Assembly (NCBI RefSeq): GCF_009914755.1 | Contig: NC_060933.1 | Reading direction: 5' to 3' (one strand) | Length of the DNA stretch: 64,000 nt | Source of the DNA: the human T2T-CHM13v2.0 reference genome, Homo sapiens | In this document: positions 44,101 through 58,600 of the stretch, piece by piece | Layout of the letters: every line of letters starts with the position of its first letter | Numbering within the stretch: position 1 is the first letter of the stretch | Translations under genes and position numbers: made by a program | The notes under the pieces: generated by a model | What the model was told of the DNA's origin: nothing | The model's database searches: none | What the model saw: only the letters and a program-made list of their open reading frames with translations

Positions 44101-46374
44101 TGGAATGGAATTGAATGGAATGGAATGGAATGGAATGGAATCAACGCGAGTGCAGGGGAATGTAATGGAACGGAATGCAATGGAATGGAATCATCCGGAA
44201 TGGAATGGAATGGAATGGAATGGAATGGAATGGAATGGAAACAACCCGAGTGCTATGGAATGGAGTGGAATGGAATGGAATGGAATGGAACAACCCGAAT
44301 GGAATGGAATGTAATGGAGAGTAAGTGAGTTGAATAGAATCAATCCGAATGTAATTTAATGGAATGCAACGGAATGGAATGGAATGGAATGGAATGGAAT
44401 GGAATGGAATGCAAAGGAATGGAATCAACCCGAGTTGAATGGCAAGGAAAGGAATGCAATGGAATGGAAGGGAATGGAATCAACTCGAGTGGAAAGGAAT
44501 GGAATGGAATGGAAAGGAATGGAAGGAAATCAACTCGAGTGGAATGGAATGGAATGGAATGGATTGGAATGGATTGCAACGGAATGAAATGGAATGGAAT
44601 GGAATGGAATCAGTCATTCCGAGTGGAATGGAAGGGAATGTAATGGAGTGGAAAGAAGGGAATGGAATCAACCCGATTGGAATGCAAGGCAATGGAATGG
44701 AATGGAAAGGAATGGAATGGAATCAACTCGATTACAATGGAATGGAATGGAATGGAATGGAATGGAATGGAATGGAATGGAATGGAATGGAATGGAATTA
44801 ACCAGAATAGAATGGAATGCAATGGAATGGAACGGAATGGAATGGAATGGAAGGTAATGGAATCAACACGAGTGCAGGGTAATGGAATGGAATGGAATGC
44901 AATGGAATGGAATCATCCGGAATGGAATGGAATGGAATGGAATCAACTCCATTGCAATGGAATGGAATGGAATGGAATGGAATAGAATGGAATGGAATTA
45001 ACCCGAATAGAATGGAATGCAATAGAATGGAATGGAACAGAACCGAATGGAGTGGAATGGAATGGAATGGAATCAACCTGAGTGCAGGGGAATGGAATGG
45101 AATGGAATGCAATGCAATGGAATCATCCGGAATGGAATGGAATGGAATGGAATGGAATGGAATCAAACCGAGTGCAATGGAATGGAGTGAAATGGAATGG
45201 AATGGAATGGAAACAACCAGAATGGATTGGAATATAATGGAGTGTAAGGGAATTGAATAGAATCAATCTGAATGTAATGAAATGGAATGGAACGGAATGG
45301 AATGGAATGGAATGGAATCGAATGGAATGGAATGGAATGGAATCAACCCGAGTGTAATGGAATGGATTCGAATGGAATGGAATGGAGTGGAATGGATTCA
45401 ACCCGAATGGAATGGAAAGGAATGGAATCAACCCGAGTGGAATGGCATGGAATGGAATGGAATGGAATGGAATGGATTGGAATGGAATGGTTCGGAATAG
45501 AATGCATTGGAACAAAATGGAATGGAATGGAATGGAATGGAATGGAAAGGAATGGAATGGAATCAAGTCGATTGCAATGGAATAGAATGGAATGGAATGG
45601 AACGGATTGGAATGGAATGGAATGGAATGGAATTAAATGGAATGGAAAGGAATGGAATCAACCCGAGTGCAGGGGAAAGGAATGGAATGGAATGCAATGG
45701 AATGGAATGGAATGGAATGGAACGGAATGGAATGGAATGGAATCAACCCGAGTGGAATGGCATGGAATGGAATGCAATGGAATGGAATGGAATGGAATCA
45801 ACTCGAGTGGAAAGGAATGGAATGGAATGGAAAGGAATGGAATGAAATCAACACGAGTGGAATGGAATGGAATGGAATGGATTGGAATGGATTGCAATGG
45901 AATGAAATGGAATGCAATGGAATGGAATCAATCATTCTGAGTGGAATGGAAGGGAATGTAATGGAGTGGAAAGAAGGGAATGGAATCAACCCGAGTAGAA
46001 TGCAAGGCAATGGAATGGAATGGAAAGGAATGGAGTGGAATCAACCCGATTGCAATGCAATGGAATGGAATGGAAAGGAATGGAATGGAATGGAATGCAA
46101 TGGAATGGAATCAACCCGAGTGGAATGGAATGGAAAGGACTGGAATGGAATGGAATGGAATGGAATCAACTCGATTGTAATGGAATGGAATGGAATGGAA
46201 TGGAATGGAATGGAATGGAATGGAATGGAATGAAATGCAATGGATTCAACTCGATTGCAATGGAATGGAATAGAATGGAATGGAATGGAATGGAATGGAA
46301 TGGAATGGAATTAACCCGAATAGAATGGAATGGAATGGAATGGAACGGAATGGACCGGAATGGAATGCAATGGA

Positions 46375-49300
46375 ATGGAATGGAATGGAATGGAACGGAA
46401 TGGAATGGAATGGAATTAACCCGAATAGAATGGAATGGAATGGAATGGAACGGAATGGAACGGAATGGAATGGAATGGAATGGAATGGAATGGTATGGAA
46501 TGGAATGGAATGGTACGGAATAGAATGGAATGTAACGAATTGTAATGGAATGGAATTGAATGGAATGGAATGGAATGGAATGGAATCAACGCGAGTGCAG
46601 GGGAATGTAATGGAACGGAATGCAATGGAATGGAATCATCCGGAATGAATGGAATGGAATGGAATGGAATGGAATCAACCCGAGTGCAATGGAATGGAGT
46701 GGAATGGAATGGAATGGAATGGAAGAACCCGAATGGAATGGAATGTAATGGAGAGTAAGGAAGTTGAATAGAATCAATCCGAATGTAATGGAATGGAATG
46801 GAAAGGAATGGAATGGAATGGAATGGAATGGAATGCAATGCCATGGAATCAACACGAGTGCAAACGAATGGAATCGAATGGAATGGAATGCAATGGAATG
46901 GATTCATCTTGAATGGAATGGAAAGAATGGAATCAACACGAGTGGAATGGCATGGATTGGAATGGAATGGAATGGAATCAACCCGAGTACAGGGGAAAGG
47001 AATGGAATGGAATGGAATGGAATGGAATGGAATCAACTCGATTGCAATCGAATGGAATGGAATGGAATTAACCCGAATAGAGTGGAATGGAATGGAATGG
47101 AATGGAACGGAACGGAACGGAATGGAATGGAATGGAATGGAATGGAACGGAACGGAACGGAATGGAATGGAATGGAATGGAATGGAATGGAATGGAATCA
47201 ACGCGAGTGCAGGGGAATGGAATGGAATGGAATGCAATGGAATGGAATCTTCCGGAATGGAATGGAATGGAATGGAATGGAATGAAATGCAATGGATTCA
47301 ACTCGATTGCAATGGAATGGAATAGAATGGAATGGAATGGAATGGAATGGAATGGAATGGAATTAACCCGAATAGAATGGAATGGAATGGAATGGAACGG
47401 AATGGAACGGAATGGAATGGAATAGAATGGAATGGAATGGTATGGAATGGAATGGAATGGAATGGAATGGAATGGAATGGAACAACCCGAATGGAATGGA
47501 ATGTAATGGAGAGTAAGGGATTTGAATACAATCAATCCGAATGAAATGGAAAGGAATGCAACGGAATGGAATGGAATGGAATGCAATGGAATTGAATCAA
47601 CCCGAGTACAATGGAATGGAATGGAATGGAATGGAATGGAATGGAATGGAATGGAATTGAATGGAATGGAATGCCTTCAAACCGAATGGAATGGAAAGTA
47701 ATGGAAACAACACGAGTGGAATGGAATGGAATGGAATGGAACGGTACGGAATAGAATGGAATGGAGCGAAATGGAATGGAATGGAATGGAGTGGAATGGA
47801 ATGGAATGGAATGGAATGGAATGGAATCGTTCCGAGTGGAATAGGAGGGAATGTATTCGAGTGGAATGGAAAGGAATGGAATCAACCAGAGTGGAATGGA
47901 AGGGAATGGAATGGAATGGAAACTAATAGAATGGAATCAACCCTAGTGGAATGGAATGGAAAAGACTGGAATGGAATGGAATGGAATGGAATCAACTCGA
48001 TTGTAATGGAATGGAATGGAATGGAATGGAATGGAATGGAATCAACCCGAATGGAATGGAATATAATGGAGTGTAAGGGAATTGAATAGAATCAATCCGA
48101 ATGTAATGGAAGAGAATGGAACGGAATGGAATGGAATGGAATGCAATGGAATGGAATCAACCCGAGTGCAATCGAATGGAATCGAATGGAATGGAATGCA
48201 ATGGAATGGATTCAACTTGAATGGAATGGAAAGAATGGAATCAACACGAGTGGAAGGGCATGGATTGGAATGCAATGGAATGGAATCAACCCGAGTACAG
48301 GGGAATGTAATGTAATGGAATGCAATGGAATGGAATCATCCGCAATGGAATGGAAAGGAATGGAATGGAATGGAATGGAATGGAATGGAATGGAATGGAA
48401 TGGAATCAACTCGATTGCAATCGAATGGAATGGAATGGAATTAACCCGAATAGAATGGAATGGAATGGAATGGAACGGAACGGAACGGAATGGAATGGAA
48501 TGGAATGGAATGGAATGGAACGGAAAGGAATGGAATGGAATGGAATGGAATGGAATGGAATCAACGCGAGTGCAGGGGAATGGAATGTAATGGAATATAA
48601 TGGAATGGAATCTTCCGGAATGGAATGGAATGGAATGGAATCAACCCGAGTGCAATGGAATGCAGTGGAATGGAATGGAATGGAATGGAACAACCCGAAT
48701 GGAATCAAATGTAATGGAGAGTAAGGGAGTTGAATAGAATCAATCCGAATGTAATGGAATGGAATGGAACGGAATGGAATTGAATGGAATGGAATGGAAT
48801 GCAATGGAATGGAATCAACCCGAGTGCAATGGAATGGAGAGGAATGGAATGGAATGGAGTGGAAACTACCCGAATGGAATGGAATGTAATGGAGTGTAAG
48901 GGAATTGAATAGAATCAATCCGAATGTAATGGAATGGAATGGAACGGAATGGAATGGAATGGAATGGAATGGAATGGAATGGAATGGAATGCAATGGAAT
49001 GGAATCAACCTGAGTGCAATCGAATGGAATCGAATGGAATGGAATGCAATGGAATGGATTCAACTTGAATGGAATGGAAAGAATGGAATCAACACGAGTG
49101 GAATGGCAAGGATTGGAATGGAATGGAATGGAATCAACCCGAGTACAGGTGAATGGAATGGAATGGAATGCAATGGAATGGAATCATCCGTAATGGAATG
49201 GAAAGGAATGGAATGGAATGGAATGGAATGGAATGGAATGGAATGGAATGGAATCAAGTCGATTGCAATCGAACGGAATGGAATGGAATTAACCCGAATA

Positions 49301-52300
49301 GAATGGAATGGAATGGAATGGAACGGAACGGCATGGAATGGAATGGAATGGAATGGAATGGAATGGAACGGAACGGAATGGAATGGAATTGAATGGAATG
49401 GAATGGAATGGAATGGAATCAACGCGAGTGCAGGGGAATGGAATGGAATAGAATGCAATGGAATGGAATCTTCCGGAATGGAATGGAATGGAATGGAATG
49501 GAATGGAATGAAATGCAATGGATTCAACTCGATTGCAATGGAATGGAATAGAATGGAATGGAATGGAATGGAATGGAATGGAATTAACCCGAATAGAATG
49601 GAATGGAATGGAATGGAACGGAATGGAACGGAACGGAATGGAATGGAATGGAATGGAATGGTATGGAATGGAATGGAATGGTACGGAATAGAATGGAATG
49701 GAACGAATTGTAATGGAATGGAATTGAATGGAATGGAATGGAATGGAATGGAATCAACGCGAGTGCAGGGGAATGTAAAGGAACGGAATGCAATGGAATG
49801 GAATCATCCGGAATGGAATGGAATGGAATGGAATGGAATGGAATCAACCCGAGTGCCATGGAATGGAGTGGAATGGAATGGAATGGAATGGAACAACCCG
49901 AATGGAATGGAATGTAATGGAGAGTAAGGGAGTTGAATAGAATCAATCCGAATGTAATGGAATGGAATGCAACGGAATGGAATGGAATGGAATGGAATGG
50001 AATGCAATGGAATGGAATCAACCCGAGTACAATTGAATGGAATGGAATGGAATGGAATGGAATGGAATGGAATGGAATGGAATGCCTTCAAACCGAATGG
50101 AATGGAAAGGAATGGAATCAACACGAGTGGAATGGAATGGAATGGAATGGAATGGAATGGAATGGAATGGAATGATACGGAATAGAATGGAATGCAACGA
50201 AATGGAATGGAATGGAATGGAATGGAATGGAATGGAATGGAATGGAATCGTTCCGAGTGGAATAGGAGGGAATGTATTCGAGTGGAATGGAAAGGAATGG
50301 AATCAACCAGAGTGGAATGGAAGGGAATGGAATGGAATAGAAACTAATAGAATGGAATCAACCCGAGTGGAATGGAATGGAAAGGACTGGAATGGAAAGG
50401 AATGGAATGGAAAGGAATGGAATGGAATGGAATGGAATGGTATGGAATGGAATGGAATCAACGCGAGTGCAGGGGAATGGAATGGAATCGAATGGAATGG
50501 AATGGAATGGAATGGAATCAACCCGAGTACAATGGAATGGAATGGAATGGAATGGAATGGAATGGAATGGAATGGAATGGAATGGAATGATACGGAATAG
50601 AATGGAATGGAACGAAATGGAATGGAATGGAATGGAATGGAATGGAATGGAATGGAATGGAATGGAATGGAATCGTTCCGAGTGGAATAGGAGGGAATGT
50701 ATTCGAGTGGAATGGAAAGGAATGGAATCAACCAGAGTGGAATGGAAGGGAATGGAATGGAATGGAAGCTAATAGAATGGAATCAACCCTAGTGGAATGG
50801 AATGGAAAGGACTGGAATGGAATGGAATGGAATGGAATGGAATCAACTCGATTGTAATGGAATGGAATGCAATGGAATGGAATGGAATCAACCCGAATGG
50901 AATGGAATATAATGGAGTGTAAGGGAATTGAATAGAATCAATCCGAATGTAATGGAATGGAATGGAACGGAACGGAATGGAATGGAATGGAATGGAATGG
51001 AATGGAATGGAATGGAACGGAATGGAATGGAATGGAATTAACCCGAATAGAATGGAATGGAATGGAATGGAACGGAATGGAACGGAATGGAATGGAATGG
51101 AATGGAATGGAATGGTATGGAATGGAATGGAATGGTACGGAATAGAATGGAATGGAACGAATTGTAATGGAATGGAATTGAATGGAATGGAATGGAATGG
51201 AATGGAATCAACGCGAGTGCAGGGGAATGTAATGGAACGGAATGCAATGGAGTGGAATCATCCGGAATGAATGGAATGGAATGGAATGGAATGGAATCAA
51301 CCCGAGTGCAATGGAATGGAGTGGAATGGAATGGAATGGAATGGAAGAACCCGAATGGAATGGAATGTAATGGAGAGTAAGGGAGTTGAATAGAATCAAT
51401 CCGAATGTAATGGAATGGAATGGAAAGGAATGGAATGGAATGGAATGGAATGGAATGCAATGCCATGGAATCAACACGAGTGCAAACGAATGGAATCGAA
51501 TGGAATGGAATGCAATGGAATGGATTCATCTTGAATGGAATGGAAAGAATGGAATCAACACGAGTGGAATGGCATGGATTGGAATGGAATGGAATGGAAT
51601 CAACCCGAGTACAAGGGAAAGGAATGGAATGGAATGGAATGGAATGGAATGGAATGGAATCAACTCGATTGCAATCGAATGGAATGGAATGGAATTAACC
51701 CGAATAGAGTGGAATGGAATGGAATGGAATGGAACGGAACGGAACGGAATGGAATGGAATGGAATGGAATGGAATGGAACGGAACGGAACGGAATGGAAT
51801 GGAATGGAATGGAATGGAATGGAATGGAATCAACGCGAGTGCAGGGGAATGGAATGGAATGGAATGCAATGGAATGGAATCTTCCGGAATGGAATGGAAT
51901 GGAATGGAATGGAATGAAATGCAATGGATTCAACTCGATTGCAATGGAATGGAATAGAATGGAATGGAATGGAATGGAATGGAATGGAATGGAATTAACC
52001 CGAATAGAATGGAATGGAATGGAATGGAACGGAATGGAACGGAATGGAATGGAATAGAATGGAATGGAATGGTATGGAATGGAATGGAATGGAATGGAAT
52101 GGAATGGAATGGAACAACCCGAATGGAATGGAATGTAATGGAGAGTAAGGGATTTGAATACAATCAATCCGAATGAAATGGAAAGGAATGCAACGGAATG
52201 GAATGGAATGGAATGCAATGGAATTGAATCAACCCGAGTACAATGGAATGGAATGGAATGGAATGGAATGGAATGGAATGGAATGGAATTGAATGGAATG

Positions 52301-55300
52301 GAATGCCTTCAAACCGAATGGAATGGAAAGTAATGGAAACAACACGAGTGGAATGGAATGGAATGGAATGGAATGGTACGGAATAGAATGGAATGGAGCG
52401 AAATGGAATGGAATGGAATGGAGTGGAATGGAATGGAATGGAATGGAATGGAATGGAATCGTTCCGAGTGGAATAGGAGGGAATGTATTCGAGTGGAATG
52501 GAAAGGAATGGAATCAACCAGAGTGGAATGGAAGGGAATGGAATGGAATGGAAACTAATAGAATGGAATCAACCCTAGTGGAATGGAATGGAAAGGACTG
52601 GAATGGAATGGAGTGGAATGGAATCAACTCGATTGTAATGGAATGGAATGGAATGGAATGGAATGGAATGGAATCAACCCGAATGGAATGGAATATAATG
52701 GAGTGTAAGGGAATTGAATAGAATCAATCCGAATGTAATGGAGAGAATGGAACGGAATGGAATGGAATGGAATGCAATGGAATGGAATCAACCCGAGTGC
52801 AATCGAATGGAATCGAATGGAATGGAATGCAATGGAATGGATTCAACTTGAATGGAATGGAAAGAATGGAATCAACACGAGTGGAAGGGCATGGATTGGA
52901 ATGCAATGCAATGGAATCAACCCGAGTACAGGGGAATGTAATGTAATGGAATGCAATGGAATGGAATCATCCGCAATGGAATGGAAAGGAATGGAATGGA
53001 ATGGAATGGAATGGAATGGAATGGAATGGAATCAACTCGATTGCAATCGAATGGAATGGAATGGAATTAACCCGAATAGAATGGAATGGAATGGAATGGA
53101 ACGGAACGGAACGGAATGGAATGGAATGGAATGGAATGGAATGGAACGGAAAGGAATGGAATGGAATGGAATGGAATGGAATGGAATCAACGCGAGTGCA
53201 GGGGAATGGAATGTAATGGAATGTAATGGAATGGAATCTTCCGGAATGGAATGGAATGGAATGGAATCAACCCGAGTGCAATGGAATGCAGTGGAATGGA
53301 ATGGAATGGAATGGAACAACCCGAATGGAATCAAATGTAATGGAGAGTAAGGGAGTTGAATAGAATCAATCCGAATGTAATGGAATGGAATGGAACGGAA
53401 TGGAATTGAATGGAATGGAATGGAATGCAATGGAATGGAATCAACCCGAGTGCAATGGAATGGAGAGGAATGGAATGGAATGGAGTGGAAACTACCCGAA
53501 TGGAATGGAATGTAATGGAGTGTAAGGGAATTGAATAGAATCAATCCGAATGTAATGGAATGGAATGGAACGGAATGGAATGGAATGGAATGGAATGGAA
53601 TGGAATGGAATGGAATGCAATGGAATGGAATCAACCTGAGTGCAATCGAATGGAATCGAATGGAATGGAATGCAATGGAATGGATTCAACTTGAATGGAA
53701 TGGAAAGAATGGAATCAACACGAGTGGAATGGCAAGGATTGGAATGGAATGGAATGGAATCAACCCGAGTACAGGTGAATGGAATGGAATGGAATGCAAT
53801 GGAATGGAATCATCCGTAATGGAATGGAAAGGAATGGAATGGAATGGAATGGAATGGAATGGAATGGAATGGAATGGAATCAAGTCGATTGCAATCGAAC
53901 GGAATGGAATGGAATTAACCCGAATAGAATGGAATGGAATGGAATGGAACGGAACGGAATGGAATGGAATGGAATGGAATGGAATGGAATGGAACGGAAC
54001 GGAATGGAATGGAATTGAATGGAATGGAATGGAATGGAATGGAATCAACGCGAGTGCAGGGGAATGGAATGGAATAGAATGCAATGGAATGGAATCTTCC
54101 GGAATGGAATGGAATGGAATGGAATGGAATGAAATGCAATGGATTCAACTCGATTGCAATGGAATGGAATAGAATGGAATGGAATTGAATGGAATGGAAT
54201 GGAATTAACCCGAATAGAATGGAATGGAATGGAATGGAACGGAATGGAACGGAACGGAATGGAATGGAATGGAATGGAATGGTATGGAATGGAATGGAAT
54301 GGTACGGAATAGAATGGAATGGAACGAATTGTAATGGAATGGAATTGAATGGAATGGAATGGAATGGAATGGAATCAACGCGAGTGCAGGGGAATGTAAT
54401 GGAACGGAATGCAATGGAATGGAATCATCCGGAATGGAATGGAATGGAAAGGAATGGAATGGAATCAACCCGAGTGCCATGGAATGGAGTGGAATGGAAT
54501 GGAATGGAATGGAACAACCCGAATGGAATGGAATGTAATGGAGAGTAAGGGAGTTGAATAGAATCAATCCGAATGTAATGGAATGGAATGCAACGGAATG
54601 GAATGGAATGGAATGGAATGGAATGCAATGGAATGGAATCAACCCGAGTACAATTGAATGGAATGGAATGGAATGGAATGGAATGGAATGGAATGGAATG
54701 GAATGGAATGGAATGCCTACAAACCGAATGGAATGGAAAGGAATGGAATCAACACGAGTGGAATGGAATGGAATGGAATGGAATGGAATGGAATGGAATG
54801 GAATGATACGGAATAGAATGGAATGCAACGAAATGGAATGGAATGGAATGGAATGGAATGGAATGGAATGGAATGGAATGGAATGGAATGGAATCGTTCC
54901 GAGTGGAATAGGAGGGAATGTATTCGAGTGGAATGGAAAGGAATGGAATCAACCAGAGTGGAATGGAAGGGAATGGAATGGAATAGAAACTAATAGAATG
55001 GAATCAACCCGAGTGGAATGGAATGGAAAGGACTGGAATGGAAAGGAATGGAATGGAAAGGAATGGAATGGAATGGAATGGAATGGTATGGAATGGAATG
55101 GAATCAACGCGAGTGCAGGGGAATGGAATGGAATCGAATGGAATGGAATGGAATGGAATGGAATCAACCCGAGTACAATGGAATGGAATGGAATGGAATG
55201 GAATGGAATGGAATGGAATGGAATGGAATGGAATGGAATGATACGGAATAGAATGGAATGGAACGAAATGGAATGGAATGGAATGGAATGGAATGGAATG

Positions 55301-55610
55301 GAATGGAATGGAATGGAATGGAATCGTTCCGAGTGGAATAGGAGGGAATGTATTCGAGTGGAATGGAAAGGAATGGAATCAACCAGAGTGGAATGGAAGG
55401 GAATGGAATGGAATGGAAACTAATAGAATGGAATCAACCCTAGTGGAATGGAATGGAAAGGACTGGAATGGAATGGAATGGAATGGAATCAACTCGATTG
55501 TAATGGAATGGAATGCAATGGAATGGAATGGAATCAACTCGAATGGAATGGAATATAATGGAGTGTAAGGGAATTGAATAGAATCAATCCGAATGTAATG
55601 GAATGGAATG
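46375..55610 (+). repeat. Large tandem duplication, ~4.63-kb unit (~46375-50960 / ~50997-55610)
   Basis: Near-identical ORFs at offsets 4621-4651 along the whole span (46570/51192, 47532/52164, 48866/53492, 49933/54554, 50627/55278). Confidence 0.93.
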
Positions 55611-58600
55611 GAACGGAATGGAATGGAATGGAATGCAATGGAATGGAATCAACCCGAGTGCAATCGAATGGAATCGAATGAAATGGAATGCAATGGAATG
55701 GATTCAACTAGAATGGAATGGAAAGAATGGAATCAACACGAGTGGAAGGGCATGGATTGGAATGCAATGGAATGGAATCAACCCGAGTACAGGGGAATGC
55801 AATGGAATGGAATGCAATGGAATGGAATCATCCGTAATGGAATGGAAAGGAATGGAATGGAATGGAATGGAATGGAATGGAATGGAATGGAATGGAATCA
55901 ACACGATTGCAATCGAATGGAATGGAATGGAATTAACCCGAATAGAATGGAATGGAATGGAATGGAACGGAACGGAATGGAATGGAATGGAATGGAATGG
56001 AATCGAATGGAATGGAACGGAACGGAACGGAACGGAACGGAACGGAATGGAATGGAATGGAATGGAATGGAATGGAATCAACGCGAGTGCAGGGGAATGG
56101 AACGGAATGGAATGCAATGGAATGGAAACTTCCGGAAGGGAATGGAATGGAATGGAATGGAATGAAATGCAATGGATTCAACTCGATTGCAATGGAATGG
56201 AATAGAATGGAATGGAATGGAATGGAATGGAATTAACCCGAATAGAATGGAATGGAATGGAATGGAATGGAACGGAATGGAACGGAATGGAATTGAATGG
56301 AATGGAATGGAATGGAATGGTATGGAATGGAATGGAATGGTACAGAATAGAATGGAATGGAACGAATTGTAATGGAATGGAATTGAATGGAATGGAATGG
56401 AATGGAATGGAATCAACGCGAGTGCAGGGGAATGGAATGGAATGGAATGCAATGGAATAGAATCTTCCGGAATGGAATGGAATGGAATGGAATGGAATGG
56501 AATGAAATGCAATGGATTCAACTCGATTGCAATGGAATGGAATAGAATGGAATGGAATGGAATGGAATGGAACAACCCGAATGGAATGGAATGGAATGGA
56601 ACGGAATGGAACGGAATGGAATGGAATGGAATGGAATGGAATGGAATGGAATGGTATGGAATAGAATGGAATGGTACGGAATAGAATGGAATGGAACGAA
56701 TTGTAATGGAATGGAATTGAATGGAATGGAATGGAATGGAATGGAATCAACGCGAGTGCAGGGGAATGTAATGGAACGGAATGCAGTGGAATGGAATCAT
56801 CCGGAATGGAATGGAATGGAATGGAATGGAATCAACCCGAGTGCAACGGAATGGAGTGGAATGGAATGGAATGGAATGGAACAACCCGAATGGAATGGAA
56901 TGAAATGGAGAGTAAGGGAGTTGAATAGAATCAATCCGAATGTAATGGAATGGAATGCAACGGAATGTAATGGAATGGAATGGAATGGAATGCAATGGAA
57001 TGGAATAAACCCGAGTACAATGGAATGGAATGGAATGGAATGGAATGGAATGGAATGGAATGGATTGGAATACCTTCAAACCGAATGGAATGGAAAGGAA
57101 TGGAATCAACACGAGTGGAATGGAATGGAATGGAATGGAATGGAATGGCAAGGAATGGAATGGAATGATACGGAATAGAATGGAATGGAACGAAATGGAA
57201 TGGAATGGAATGGAATGGAATGGAATGGAATCGTTCCGAGTAGAATAGCAGGGAATGTATTCGACTGGAATGGAAAGGAATGGAATCAACCAGAGTAGAA
57301 TGGAAGGGAATGGAATGGAATGGAAATTAATAGAATGGAATCAACCCGAATGGAATGGAATGGAAAGGACTGGAATGGAAAGGAATGGAATCGAATGGAA
57401 TGGAATGGAATGGAATGGAATGGAATGGAATCAACGCGAGTGCAGGGGAATGGAATGGAATGGAATGGAATGGAATGGAATGGAATGGAATGGAATCAAC
57501 CTGAGTGCAGGGGAATGTAATGGAACGGAATGCAATGGAATGGAATCATCCGGAATGGAATGGAATGGAATGGAATGGAATGGAATCAACCCGAGTGCAA
57601 TGGAATGGAGTGGAATGGAATGGAATGGAATGGAACAACCCGAATGGAATGCAATGTAATTGAGAGTTAGGGAGTTGAAAAGAATCAATCCGAATGTAAT
57701 GGAATGGAATGCAACGGAATGGAATGGAATGGAATGGAATGGAATGGAATGGAATGGAAAGCAATGGAATGGAATCAACCCGAGTACAATGGAATGGAAT
57801 GGAATGGAATGGAATGGAATGGAATGGAATGGAATGGAATGGAATGCAATGGAATGGAATCTTCCGGAATGGAATGGAATGGAATGGAATGGAATGGAAT
57901 GCAATGGATTCAACTCGATTGCAATGGAATGTAATAGAATGGAATGGAATGGAATGGAATGGAATTAAACCGAATAGAATGGAATGGAATGGAATGGAAT
58001 GGAACGGAACGGAATGGAACGGAGTGGAATGGAAAGGAATGGAATTGTATGGAATGGAATGGCATGGTATGGAATAGAATGGAATGGAAAGAATTGGATT
58101 GGAATGGAATCGAATGGAATGGAATGGAATGGAATGGAATCAACACGAGTGCAGGGGAATGTAATGGAACGGAATGCAATGAAATGGAATCATCCGGAAT
58201 GGATTGGAATGGAATGGAATGGAATGGAATGGAATGGAATCAACCCGAGTGCAAAGGAATGGAGTGGAATGGAATGGAATGGAATGGAACAACCAGAATA
58301 GAATGGAATGTAATGGAGAGTAAGGGAGTTGAATAGAATCAATCCGAATGTAATGGAATGGAATGGAACGGAATGGAATGGAATGGAATGGAATGCAATG
58401 GAATGGAATGCAATGGAAAGGAATCAACCCGAGTACAATGGAACGGAATGGAATGGAAGGTAATGTAATGGAATGGAATGGAATGGAATGGAATCAACCC
58501 GAGTGCAATGGAATGGAGAGGAATGGAATGGAATGGAATGGAAACTACCCGAATGGAATGGAATGTAATGCAGTGTAAGGGAATTGAATAGAATCAATCC

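Noticed and set aside
44317-44331. Splice-donor-like GTAAGT/GTGAGT variant of module D (GTAAGG elsewhere)
   Set aside because: The + strand has no polypyrimidine tract or acceptor, and this is a single substitution in a repeated motif.
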